Shown here: positions 49,650 to 58,491 of the stretch, piece after piece | How the letters are laid out: each line of letters starts with the position of its first letter | Position numbering within the stretch: the first letter of the stretch is position 1 | Source: Tissierellia bacterium | GTDB lineage: Bacteria > Bacillota > Clostridia > Tissierellales > Sedimentibacteraceae | Length of the DNA: 64,000 nt | Assembly: GCA_028709465.1 (NCBI GenBank) | Contig: JAQVWY010000006.1 | Location: 4,536 to 68,535, forward strand | Direction: 5' to 3' | The notes under the pieces: generated by a model | What the model saw: only the letters and a program-made list of their open reading frames with translations | Database searches by the model: none | Told to the model about the DNA's origin: nothing | Position numbers and translations under genes: made by a program

Positions 49650-51185
49650 TTGTTGTATTATATAGTAGTAGGTATTATCTGTGCAATTATAGGTGTATTA
49701 ATAGGTTTTATTATACGTAAAAATATATCCGAAAAACTAATAGGTAGTGCTGAAGAAGAAGCTAAAAAGATAATTGATGAATCTATTAAGGAAGCGGAAA
49801 CAAAGAAAAAAGAAATATTAGTTGAAGCTAAAGATGAAGCTCATAAAATGAGAAATGAATATGAGAGAGAAAATAAAGAAAGAAGAAACGAACTTCAAAA
49901 ATCAGAAAAAAGATTAATAAAAAAAGAAGAAATGCTTGATTCAAAAGGTATTATGGTTGAAAAAAAAGAAGAAATGCTCCAAAAGAAATTAAAAGAAATT
50001 GAAACAAAACAAATTAAATTAGCTGCAATTCATGATAAGCAAACTGAAGAACTAGAAAGAATTTCAGGGTTATCAACTGAAGAGGCAAAAAACATGTTAA
50101 TTAATAACATAAAGAAAGAAGCTGAACAGGAAGCATCAGTTGCAGTTAAAGATATAGAAAGAGAAGCAAAAGAAACTGCTGAACGTAAAGCACGTGAAAT
50201 AATTACATATGCTATACAAAAATGCTCGGCAGATCATGTAGCGGAAACAACTGTATCTGTTGTAGATTTACCTAATGATGAAATGAAGGGAAGAATAATA
50301 GGTAGAGAAGGTAGAAATATTAGAGCCCTTGAACAACTAACAGGTATAGATATTATAATAGATGATACACCAGAGGCAGTAGTTATATCTGGATTTGATC
50401 CTATTAGAAGAGAAGTAGCTAGACTTGCTCTTGAAAAATTAATAGCAGATGGACGTATTCATCCTGCTAGAATTGAAGAAATGGTTGAAAAATCCAAAAA
50501 GGAAATTGAACAACAAATTAAAGATGAAGGTGAGCAAGCAACTTTTGATACTGGTGTTCATGGATTACACCCTGAACTCATTAAATTATTGGGAAGGCTA
50601 AAGTTTAGAACAAGCTATGGCCAAAATGTATTAAAGCATTCTATAGAAGTTTCATATCTTGCAGGTATAATGGCTTCTGAACTGGGGGCAGATGTTAAGA
50701 TAGCTAAAAGAGCAGGATTATTACATGATATTGGAAAAGCAGTAGATCATGAAATAGAAGGTCCACATGTTGCTATAGGTGAAGATTTAGCGAAGAAATA
50801 TAAAGAAAGCAAAGCTGTTATTCACGCCATTGCGGCACATCATAATGACATAGAACCACAAACTATTGAAGCTGTTTTAGTTCAGGCTGCTGATGCAATT
50901 TCTGCAGCAAGACCAGGAGCTAGAAGAGAAACACTTGAAACATATATTAAACGATTAGAAAAACTTGAAGAAATATCTAATTCATTTGAAGGTGTTGAAA
51001 AATCTTTTGCTATTCAAGCAGGAAGAGAAATTCGAATAATGGTAAAACCTGAAGTAACTACTGATTCAAGTATAATTCTAACTGCAAAAGATATAGTTAA
51101 GAAAATTGAAGATGAAATGGAATACCCAGGGCAGATTAAAGTTAATGTAATAAGAGAAACTAGAGCAATAGAATATGCAAAATAA
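49650..51185 (+). CDS. rny: Ribonuclease Y
   Basis: N-terminal TM helix, coiled coil, KH domain (GREGRNIR), HD domain (LLHDIGK). TTG start after aggagg. Confidence 0.95.
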   Translation: MLYYIVVGIICAIIGVLIGFIIRKNISEKLIGSAEEEAKKIIDESIKEAETKKKEILVEAKDEAHKMRNEYERENKERRNELQKSEKRLIKKEEMLDSKGIMVEKKEEMLQKKLKEIETKQIKLAAIHDKQTEELERISGLSTEEAKNMLINNIKKEAEQEASVAVKDIEREAKETAERKAREIITYAIQKCSADHVAETTVSVVDLPNDEMKGRIIGREGRNIRALEQLTGIDIIIDDTPEAVVISGFDPIRREVARLALEKLIADGRIHPARIEEMVEKSKKEIEQQIKDEGEQATFDTGVHGLHPELIKLLGRLKFRTSYGQNVLKHSIEVSYLAGIMASELGADVKIAKRAGLLHDIGKAVDHEIEGPHVAIGEDLAKKYKESKAVIHAIAAHHNDIEPQTIEAVLVQAADAISAARPGARRETLETYIKRLEKLEEISNSFEGVEKSFAIQAGREIRIMVKPEVTTDSSIILTAKDIVKKIEDEMEYPGQIKVNVIRETRAIEYAK

Positions 51186-51200
51186 AAACGAAATATCTAG

Positions 51201-51236
51201 AAGTAAACAAAAAGTAAAATTGTTTACTTCTTTTTA
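51201..51236 (+). terminator. rny terminator
   Basis: aagtaaaca / tgtttactt stem plus T-rich tail. Confidence 0.7.
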
Positions 51237-51387
51237 ATTTATGATACCTTTAAAATATTACTTATATTAAAACTATTCCACGCAATAAATTATTTCATTG
51301 GAAATAGTGAAAAAACGACAAAATTTGCTAATAGTCAAGGAACAATTTCTCTATTTGTAACGTCTATAATATTGGAGGTGATTTAGA

Positions 51388-51738
51388 ATGAATAAAAAGT
51401 CAATATTGTGGATTATATTATTAATTTTGGCAGCAATAATCCTTATTACTTTTGTAAGATATTTAATTCAAAATAATGGTGAAAATATTGAGAAGGTATC
51501 ATTTAATGCAACTGTAATTGAAAATATGGGAAATTCAATATTAGTAAATCCTGAAGAAGGTTCATTGGAACTTAATTCAAGTGATAAAATTGTTGTAAGA
51601 GTTCCAGTAGACAATGCAATATTAAAGGATTTATCAGAATTTATTGAAGGAAGCAAGGTTAAAATTACATATGACGGAATGATTATGGAAAGTTATCCTG
51701 CACAAATAAATGCTTATGATGCGGAGATAATAAATTAG
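51388..51738 (+). CDS. Small membrane-anchored protein (DUF3221/YobA-like by pattern)
   Basis: N-terminal TM helix. C-terminal ITYDG.I.ESYPAQI pattern recalled from DUF3221 proteins. Confidence 0.5.
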   Translation: MNKKSILWIILLILAAIILITFVRYLIQNNGENIEKVSFNATVIENMGNSILVNPEEGSLELNSSDKIVVRVPVDNAILKDLSEFIEGSKVKITYDGMIMESYPAQINAYDAEIIN

Positions 51739-51904
51739 AGGGGGGATAAATGAGATAATAATATCTATGAGGGGATTTTTTAAAAATGAATATAAATTGG
51801 AAAAAAATATAGTATTATTTTTACTGCTCTAGAAGGGAATTTTATGGGGAGAGTATTAAATGTTTTAGGTATGATTTCTATTATAATTGGAAGATGTGTT
51901 TCAT

Positions 51905-51958
51905 ACGAATTCGTGGGAATAATCAGAGTAAACCTTGATTTGTCCCACGAATTTTTTA
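51905..51958 (+). terminator. Hairpin plus T run downstream of 51388-51738
   Basis: aattcgtggga / tcccacgaatt 11-bp stem with a long loop, then tttt. Confidence 0.5.
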
Positions 51959-52260
51959 TATAATAAATTTATTTTTATCATTAATCCACATTGCTAAAAA
52001 GAAAATCCGAATTCGTACTGATAGAATTCATTAGTGATATTAATCCTGTTATTTTGGCCCCAACTACTTTAATAATTTAAAATAAAAAACACACCTAATA
52101 CTGCATTTTCTACTGCTAAATATTATTTTATAATAATTATATTATCATAGAGGAAATTAAAAAACAATTGTAATAATAATGCTTATAATGTACAAAATAA
52201 TATTGATGAAATAATTAATTAGATTATTTTAAGCCTATAAATTAAGACAAGAGGTTAGTT

Positions 52261-52686
52261 ATGAATTTACTTACACAGATATGGATTATAATATTATCAG
52301 TCAGCATTATAGTTTACTTATTTGAAAAGATCCGCAAACAAAAATATAGTGTAAAATTTTCAATGCCTTGGTTTTTTGCATTTTTAATAGTTATAATATT
52401 AGCTATTTTCCCAATTTTAATTGATAAAATAGCTTTAGTATTAGGAATTAAGGAGCCAACAAATGCAATATTTTTTATTGCTATATGTATTCTTGTAAAT
52501 AATATTATTAATCTATCTTTTTCAACTTCTCATGCTAAAAAGCAATCTATAAGAATGGCACAAGAAATTGCTTTGTTAAAGAAAACTATTTATATGTTAA
52601 ATGATGAACTTAATGATAAATTTAAATTATCACAGGAATTGGCATTGCTAGGAACGGATATAACGAATAAAAATAATGATAAATAA
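52261..52686 (+). CDS. DUF2304-family small membrane protein
   Basis: Three to four TM helices plus a C-terminal coiled segment. Pattern R..K.S..FS..W recalled from DUF2304. Confidence 0.55.
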   Translation: MNLLTQIWIIILSVSIIVYLFEKIRKQKYSVKFSMPWFFAFLIVIILAIFPILIDKIALVLGIKEPTNAIFFIAICILVNNIINLSFSTSHAKKQSIRMAQEIALLKKTIYMLNDELNDKFKLSQELALLGTDITNKNNDK

Positions 52687-52699
52687 TAAGGGACAATTT

Positions 52700-54508
52700 A
52701 TGAAATTTTCAATAAATAAATTAACAGGATTTTTAATTTGGGTTTTATTTTCAAATATATTGATTTATACATCTTTTTATTACAATTGGAAATTGCAACT
52801 TAATAACAATAGTATGCTCATAATTACATTTATTATATTAATAATAATTATAAGTATCATTTGGCTGTACATAAACAAAAATACTATAGCTTGGGTTACA
52901 TTAAATTTAATGAAATCAGGACCGGTTATTTATATATTAACTTTTTTCTGGGCAATAATAATAAGCTTTTTTTATTTTGGGAAAAGCTTCATGTATGAAA
53001 AAACAGGTTATTGGTTGACATTTGAGAAATTGCATTATTTTTTATTATTATGTATACCAGTATATATTTATATTGTATTATCTTTTAGCATACTAGATAT
53101 ATTTAAAGTAATTATATATAAAGATGATAATACGTCAAACAAAATTCAACATTTAAGTTATAAATATCATTTTATTATTTTATTTGCTATTCAAGTAATA
53201 ATATTGGGGATTTATTTTTGTGGACTCAATCCTGGAAATATGTCTTATGATACATATAATCAGGTGAGTCAACTTAAAGGTAATATTCCATTTAATACAT
53301 GGCATCCCATTGGGCATACTTTGTTTATTGGACTTTTATTAAAAATTTGGAGTAATTATGCAGTTATTTCAATTTTTCAAATATTATTCTTTGCTTTAGT
53401 TACCTCCATGTTTTATACAACTTTAATTAAAAAAGATGTTAAATGGCAATTAATATATTTTACAGCATTAATAATGAGCGCAATACCTTCAACGGGAGTG
53501 AATGTAGTGACTCAGTGGAAGGATATACCATTTACTGTTGGACTTCTGTGGGGCACATTTATTTTGTTTAAAATGTGTTTAGTTAAAGACTATTTTAAAA
53601 ATATAGCACACATTTTTGAATTTGTTATATGTTTGTTATCCATAACACTTTTCCGTTTTAATGGAATACTTGCCTTTATATTAATGCTTATTATTGCTTT
53701 AATATATGTAGTTACAAGTCACAACAAAATTCAAATTAGAAATTACTGTATTTCAACTGCTATAATATTAGCAATGATATTATTAATTAATAACATCATC
53801 CCTAATAAACTTAATGCTAATCCCAATCCACCAGGTATGAAGCTTCGTCCCATATATCAAGGATTAGCAGCTTTATATGTTAAAGGAGAAGAGGAGGATG
53901 TAGTTATTGAAAGCAGAAAACTTATTGAATCAGTTTCTACACCAAAACAAATGACAGATTATTATAACCCATACTTTGCAGACACAATTTCTAGCAATAC
54001 ACCACAATTTTTGAACAATCTATCTAAAATATCTACTAAAGATGCTTTGAAAATGTATATTGAAGCTGCAATTATGCATCCAGAGGTAATAATTGGAGAT
54101 AAGTTTAATCTTGCAACTACCATGTGGTCTGTAACTAAAGATCCATTAAGTTATAACAATGCATATACTACAATAATACAGAAGGAAATGATTGAAGAAT
54201 TTGAAGTGCACAGGATAAACAATAAAATAACAACTGCAGTTGAAGAATTTGCAAAAGATACTTATCATGAGAATTATTTATTAAATACTTTGGTATGGCG
54301 ACCGGGTTTTTATCTTTCACTGGAGCTAATACTATTACTTTATTTAATTATTCATAAAGATAAAAGAAATATTCTGTTTATACCTCTCCTATGTAATGCA
54401 TTTATTGTATTTTTAACGATGCCAGCACAGGATTACAGATATTTGTGGTTTATATCATTAATATTTCCGTTTATAGTGCTAGCAAGTTCAGTTAAATTAC
54501 CAGAGTAG
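52700..54508 (+). CDS. Large polytopic membrane protein, GT-C-like glycosyltransferase candidate (DUF6020-like)
   Basis: About 600 aa, more than 10 predicted TM helices, with a ~180-aa hydrophilic domain near the C-terminus. An alternative start lies at 52676. Confidence 0.45.
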   Translation: MKFSINKLTGFLIWVLFSNILIYTSFYYNWKLQLNNNSMLIITFIILIIIISIIWLYINKNTIAWVTLNLMKSGPVIYILTFFWAIIISFFYFGKSFMYEKTGYWLTFEKLHYFLLLCIPVYIYIVLSFSILDIFKVIIYKDDNTSNKIQHLSYKYHFIILFAIQVIILGIYFCGLNPGNMSYDTYNQVSQLKGNIPFNTWHPIGHTLFIGLLLKIWSNYAVISIFQILFFALVTSMFYTTLIKKDVKWQLIYFTALIMSAIPSTGVNVVTQWKDIPFTVGLLWGTFILFKMCLVKDYFKNIAHIFEFVICLLSITLFRFNGILAFILMLIIALIYVVTSHNKIQIRNYCISTAIILAMILLINNIIPNKLNANPNPPGMKLRPIYQGLAALYVKGEEEDVVIESRKLIESVSTPKQMTDYYNPYFADTISSNTPQFLNNLSKISTKDALKMYIEAAIMHPEVIIGDKFNLATTMWSVTKDPLSYNNAYTTIIQKEMIEEFEVHRINNKITTAVEEFAKDTYHENYLLNTLVWRPGFYLSLELILLLYLIIHKDKRNILFIPLLCNAFIVFLTMPAQDYRYLWFISLIFPFIVLASSVKLPE

Positions 54509-54516
54509 GGAGGGGA

Positions 54517-54864
54517 ATGAATTTGTTTAATTTTATATTATATATATTATTAACTGCTATGGGACTTTTTATGATGAAGTTATCAGGTCAGCCTATCGAG
54601 CTTGGGTTAAAAGAAGGAGTTTTTTTCTTAAATATAAGTTCTAAAATGGTGTTGGCTTTAATATTTTATGCATGCAGTTTTCTACTGTGGACAGGAATAG
54701 TAGCAAAAAACGATTTAAGTTTCATCGTACCATTTTCATCCGCCATAGTGAATGTAATATCCGTTTGCTTGGGAATAATTATATTCAATGAATCTACAAA
54801 CATTTATAAGTTTATTGGCATAGGAATGGCAATAGTTGGTGTAATTCTAATGAATTATAAATAA
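54517..54864 (+). CDS. Four-TM SMR/EamA-like small transporter (ArnE/ArnF-like flippase subunit candidate)
   Basis: 115 aa, four hydrophobic helices. gggagggg RBS. Confidence 0.5.
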   Translation: MNLFNFILYILLTAMGLFMMKLSGQPIELGLKEGVFFLNISSKMVLALIFYACSFLLWTGIVAKNDLSFIVPFSSAIVNVISVCLGIIIFNESTNIYKFIGIGMAIVGVILMNYK

Positions 54865-55011
54865 GATAATTCTGACTTTTTGAGTTTTAATCATAATCTT
54901 AATTTGCAAAATTTACTAATTCTTATTATAATACATATATAAAAATGCTGGTTAGTTGATCCATCACGTAAAACAAGTTAATGATTACATAAATAAATCG
55001 ATTATCACATA

Positions 55012-55078
55012 TGAAATAAAATGGTGTATTGAAATAAAATGCTGTATTAAAATATAATGTATTTGAAAATATGAGTAT
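55012..55078 (+). promoter_or_regulatory. Four tandem direct repeats (about 18 bp, tgaaataaaatgNtgtat) upstream of the SagB-type gene
   Basis: Two near-perfect adjacent copies at 55012-55029 and 55030-55047, then two degenerate copies. Confidence 0.6.
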
Positions 55079-55108
55079 AAAATTAGAAGATATTTTTAGG
55101 AGGAGATT

Positions 55109-55867
55109 ATGGAAGAGAGAGAATATCAAAAGAAAATAGAAACAAATAGATTATTAATGAAAAGCGCTTTTGCTAAAGAAGGATTTAAATCAGATCAACA
55201 AAAACAGATAAAACAACCACCGTTAACAAAACTTCCTGTTGGTGAAAACAAAATTGAACTAAAAAAAGACTTTTTAGCTACTATTAAAGAATCAAATATA
55301 TTAACAATAATAAATGATAGAAAAAGTAATCGTGTTTTTAAAGAAGAAGGTATAACATTAGATCAGCTATCATTTTTACTATGGTGTACACAAGGGGTTA
55401 AGGGAATTAGAGGAAATAATTATGCTACAGTGAGAACTGTTCCCTCAGGCGGAGCAAGGCATGCATTGGAAACTTATCTTGCGGTAATTAATGTAGATAA
55501 TTTAGAAAAAGGTATTTATCATTATTTACCATTAGAACATGCATTAGAATTAATTGTGACTTTAGATAATATTGAAGATTTTGTAGTTAATAGTCTTGAC
55601 GGACAAAAATGGACTGAAAAATCTTCCGTGGTATTTTATTATACTGCAATTCCATATAGGAGTGAATGGCGATATACTTTAGATGCACATAAACTTGTGC
55701 TGATAGATGCAGGTCACGCAGTTCAAAATTTATATTTAGGCTGTGGTGCAATTAGCTGTGGAACTTGTGCAGTTGCAGATTACAATCAAGAATTGGCGGA
55801 TAAATTGTTGAAATTAGACGGCAAAGATGAATTTGTAATATATGCTGCTCCAGTTGGTGTTATATAA
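55109..55867 (+). CDS. SagB/ThcOx-family (nitroreductase-fold, FMN) dehydrogenase
   Basis: RKSNR (RxSxR) motif, PSGGARH, DAGHA.QNLYL. Confidence 0.75.
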   Translation: MEEREYQKKIETNRLLMKSAFAKEGFKSDQQKQIKQPPLTKLPVGENKIELKKDFLATIKESNILTIINDRKSNRVFKEEGITLDQLSFLLWCTQGVKGIRGNNYATVRTVPSGGARHALETYLAVINVDNLEKGIYHYLPLEHALELIVTLDNIEDFVVNSLDGQKWTEKSSVVFYYTAIPYRSEWRYTLDAHKLVLIDAGHAVQNLYLGCGAISCGTCAVADYNQELADKLLKLDGKDEFVIYAAPVGVI

Positions 55868-55994
55868 GCAATCATATATATTTTTGTTCTATCAGAAAGT
55901 TGGTTACAATTAAAATAAAACCACAAGACTATTGGTTTGTCAATGGTTTTGTGGTATAAATAAATTAAAAAAGTTACGATATGCTGATAATCAT

Positions 55995-57164
55995 TTACTC
56001 GAATGTTTTAATAAGATTATTAAACTTTTTACATATTTTCTTTTTATTACATTTATTATCATTACATATAACAGAGTTGCTTTCACATGAATTTTTGTTT
56101 TCTCTCCCTATATTTAAGTTTAATAAAAGTTCAGCTAAAATACAAGGTATACAATTTTTGAAGTATACTGATTTATAAATTTTCTCGTTATCAGATATTA
56201 TATTTAATTTAGTATATTCATCACTAATTAATGTCGCAAGTTCAAATTCTTCGGTGAATGTATGAGATTGAATATGTGATATATAATCTATAATTGTTTC
56301 TATGTCACATGGACTGAAACTAACTATTTTTAATAATTTTATTGTTTCTACTAGTTTATTCTCAAGAATTTTCTTTTTTTCACATATTATATCAATAATA
56401 TCTGTTAGTAAACAGTCTAGTACATTTAACTCTTCATCTGATAAACACATTTTTAAAGCTTTTCTAATTTTAACACTTTCACCATAAATTAACTTGGCTA
56501 ATCCTTTTTCTTCATTAAAAATAGATTTAATAAGTTCTTTTATGGTACAAAGTAAATTCTTTTTAATTTGAATAAAAATATCTAAATCAGAACATTTTAT
56601 AAATTCAATAATATTAATGGCTGTTTTTAATTTTCTTAAAAGAATCATATTTTTTTCAATTATAACTTTCATTAGTGTTATAATTATATTATTTACTTGC
56701 TTAATTTCATCAAAAGAACAATGGAATTTTACATTTATTAAACCTTCTCCTAGTGCATCAATTAAGCAGCCTAAAGAATACTCTTCAGAAGCAATGCTTT
56801 TTAAAATAGAATTTAAATTGTTTAGGAGTTCATATTGATTATTATAGTCTAAACATTGTATTCCTTCCTTTTTTATGAAGTTAAGAGTTTCTCTTAATTT
56901 AACCTCTAATATGTTGTTTTTATTTAAAATGGTTTTCAGCGAACGAATTATGCTTTGAGTGACAATAACATATTCACTAGCAGTTAAGCATGAATATGTT
57001 ATACTGTATAAAATATTAGCTTCAGCTTGTATTAAAGCTGAAAGTGCACATTCTTCATCAGCAACTGATTTAACTATTGAAATAGCATTACTAGGAATAC
57101 CTTTAGTAATGAGTAAATTTCCATCACTATTTTTATTATTAATATCATTATTTGACATTGTCAT
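55995..57164 (-). CDS. Uncharacterised four-repeat helical protein, Cys-rich paralog (389 aa)
   Basis: Four ~87-91-aa repeats, each with an S(I/V)AxEExxLxxLI helix and a KNxIL..KL helix. EE motifs at aa 37, 127, 218, 305. 17 Cys, with a clustered C-terminal CESNSVICNDNKCNKKKICKK. No signal peptide seen. Confidence 0.8.
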   Translation of the reverse strand: MTMSNNDINNKNSDGNLLITKGIPSNAISIVKSVADEECALSALIQAEANILYSITYSCLTASEYVIVTQSIIRSLKTILNKNNILEVKLRETLNFIKKEGIQCLDYNNQYELLNNLNSILKSIASEEYSLGCLIDALGEGLINVKFHCSFDEIKQVNNIIITLMKVIIEKNMILLRKLKTAINIIEFIKCSDLDIFIQIKKNLLCTIKELIKSIFNEEKGLAKLIYGESVKIRKALKMCLSDEELNVLDCLLTDIIDIICEKKKILENKLVETIKLLKIVSFSPCDIETIIDYISHIQSHTFTEEFELATLISDEYTKLNIISDNEKIYKSVYFKNCIPCILAELLLNLNIGRENKNSCESNSVICNDNKCNKKKICKKFNNLIKTFE

Positions 57165-57321
57165 TATTACTCACATTCCTTTATAATTTTTGTTACATAA
57201 ATAATCATTTATAGCATGTATAATATTTTATACAGACAAACTTTTATTGTTACATAATATCTAAAAAATATTAGTAAAACCAATCAAAAATATGATCTTT
57301 ATACTTTGTTAAATTTACAAT

Positions 57322-57345
57322 ATAGGCCCACATTTGTGAGCCTAT
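57322..57345 (-). terminator. Hairpin downstream of 57370-58491
   Basis: taggcccaca / tgtgagccta arms with one mismatch. Confidence 0.45.
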
Positions 57346-57369
57346 TGTTTTGTTGAAAATTATTAATAT

Positions 57370-58491
57370 TTATAGTGCTAGTATAAAATTAATAACATCT
57401 AAATTTTTTTGTTCCAATATCATATTTTTCAATGTGATTGATTCCAATAAAGTTGTAGCACTATCATTTGCAGCAACTAAGTTGTCAATGTTTCCTGGTG
57501 TTAAATTAGCAACATCATTTATTTTTAATGCTTCATTGTTAATAAGTGTTGCAAGTGCGAATTCCTCATTAGCTATAGACTGTTGAAGGTTAGATAATGC
57601 TACTGCGAATACTGCCAATTGTGCTGGAGTAAATCCTAATGAAAGCAATGCAAGTATTTCTTCAAGTTTAGCTTCTAAAATCATATTTTTCTGAACAATT
57701 ACATCAATAACAGATGTAATTGTATCATTGAATGCAATTAAAGAAGGCACTCCAGCCGCTGTAGTTGTTAAAATAACTGCTCTGTTTAATTTAGCTGCTT
57801 CAGCTTCAATCAAGAGTGCCAAACCATTTTCTTCAACTGTTATTGAATTTATTAAATTTGTTATGGCAGCTATTACAGCTGCAACCTGTTCAGCAGTTGG
57901 AGTAGGGAAAGCTGTAGAATTATTTACAATAAATCTAATAAGTCTTCTTAATTTACTTAATAGTACAAGATTCTTTTCAGTTATTACTCTCAAAAGCCCA
58001 ATAACAATTTCATCAACATCCTGTAATTGTACTAAAGAAAGAGTAGGCGCAAGTAATCTAACAACATTACCTAATGCACCAATTAAATTACCTAACGCAT
58101 TTTCTTCGTTTGCTATTCTATTAAGAATTGCAGTTAAGTTAGTTACTAATAAAGGTGTTATAGTAAAATTTTCTCTGTCAATATAGTTTAAAGTTTCAGT
58201 TAACTTTGCTTCCAAAACAGTGTTTTTTAATAATACGGATTTCATTGTTCTTGTTATGCTTTGACTTAATTCTGTAAAATTAGCATAAGTTAAAGCAGCA
58301 CCAGTTAATAAGTTTAATTTATCTGCCTCTTCTTGTATAATAGCTGAAAGCGCATTTTCTTCTGCTGCAACAGAACCAATTATATTAAATGCTCCAGCTG
58401 TATTTAAACCTGGAACTTGTTGTAAAACAGCATCATTTTGTGGACTCACATTTTGTATATTTTCATTATTAATATTTAAAAAACTTGCCAT
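57370..58491 (-). CDS. Uncharacterised four-repeat helical protein, Cys-free paralog (373 aa)
   Basis: Same architecture as 55995-57164. EE motifs at aa 44, 129, 220, 309 and KN.(I/V)L motifs at aa 89, 173, 268, 355. No Cys, Trp or His by my reading. Ala/Leu/Asn/Thr rich, no signal peptide. Confidence 0.8.
   Translation of the reverse strand: MASFLNINNENIQNVSPQNDAVLQQVPGLNTAGAFNIIGSVAAEENALSAIIQEEADKLNLLTGAALTYANFTELSQSITRTMKSVLLKNTVLEAKLTETLNYIDRENFTITPLLVTNLTAILNRIANEENALGNLIGALGNVVRLLAPTLSLVQLQDVDEIVIGLLRVITEKNLVLLSKLRRLIRFIVNNSTAFPTPTAEQVAAVIAAITNLINSITVEENGLALLIEAEAAKLNRAVILTTTAAGVPSLIAFNDTITSVIDVIVQKNMILEAKLEEILALLSLGFTPAQLAVFAVALSNLQQSIANEEFALATLINNEALKINDVANLTPGNIDNLVAANDSATTLLESITLKNMILEQKNLDVINFILAL

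Noticed and set aside
51844-51963. 39-codon hydrophobic ORF as a real small membrane protein gene.
   Set aside because: A strong hairpin plus T run lies inside it, and there is no support beyond a weak RBS. It is kept only as a low-interest note.
57728-58186. 152-aa plus-strand ORF antisense to the Cys-free repeat-protein gene. Similar shorter antisense ORFs lie at 56302-56487, 56617-56838, 56959-57186 and 57350-57586.
   Set aside because: They lie entirely inside longer minus-strand genes with clear repeat architecture. They have no RBS, and the Ala/Leu/Ser-rich translation is what the reverse complement of Ala/Leu/Asn-rich codons produces.
55109-58491. Thiazole/oxazole-modified microcin (TOMM) gene cluster centred on the SagB-type gene.
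   Set aside because: The window has no YcaO or E1-like cyclodehydratase, no short Cys/Ser/Thr-rich precursor and no exporter or immunity genes. The Cys-rich neighbour is a 389-aa repeat protein, not a precursor peptide.
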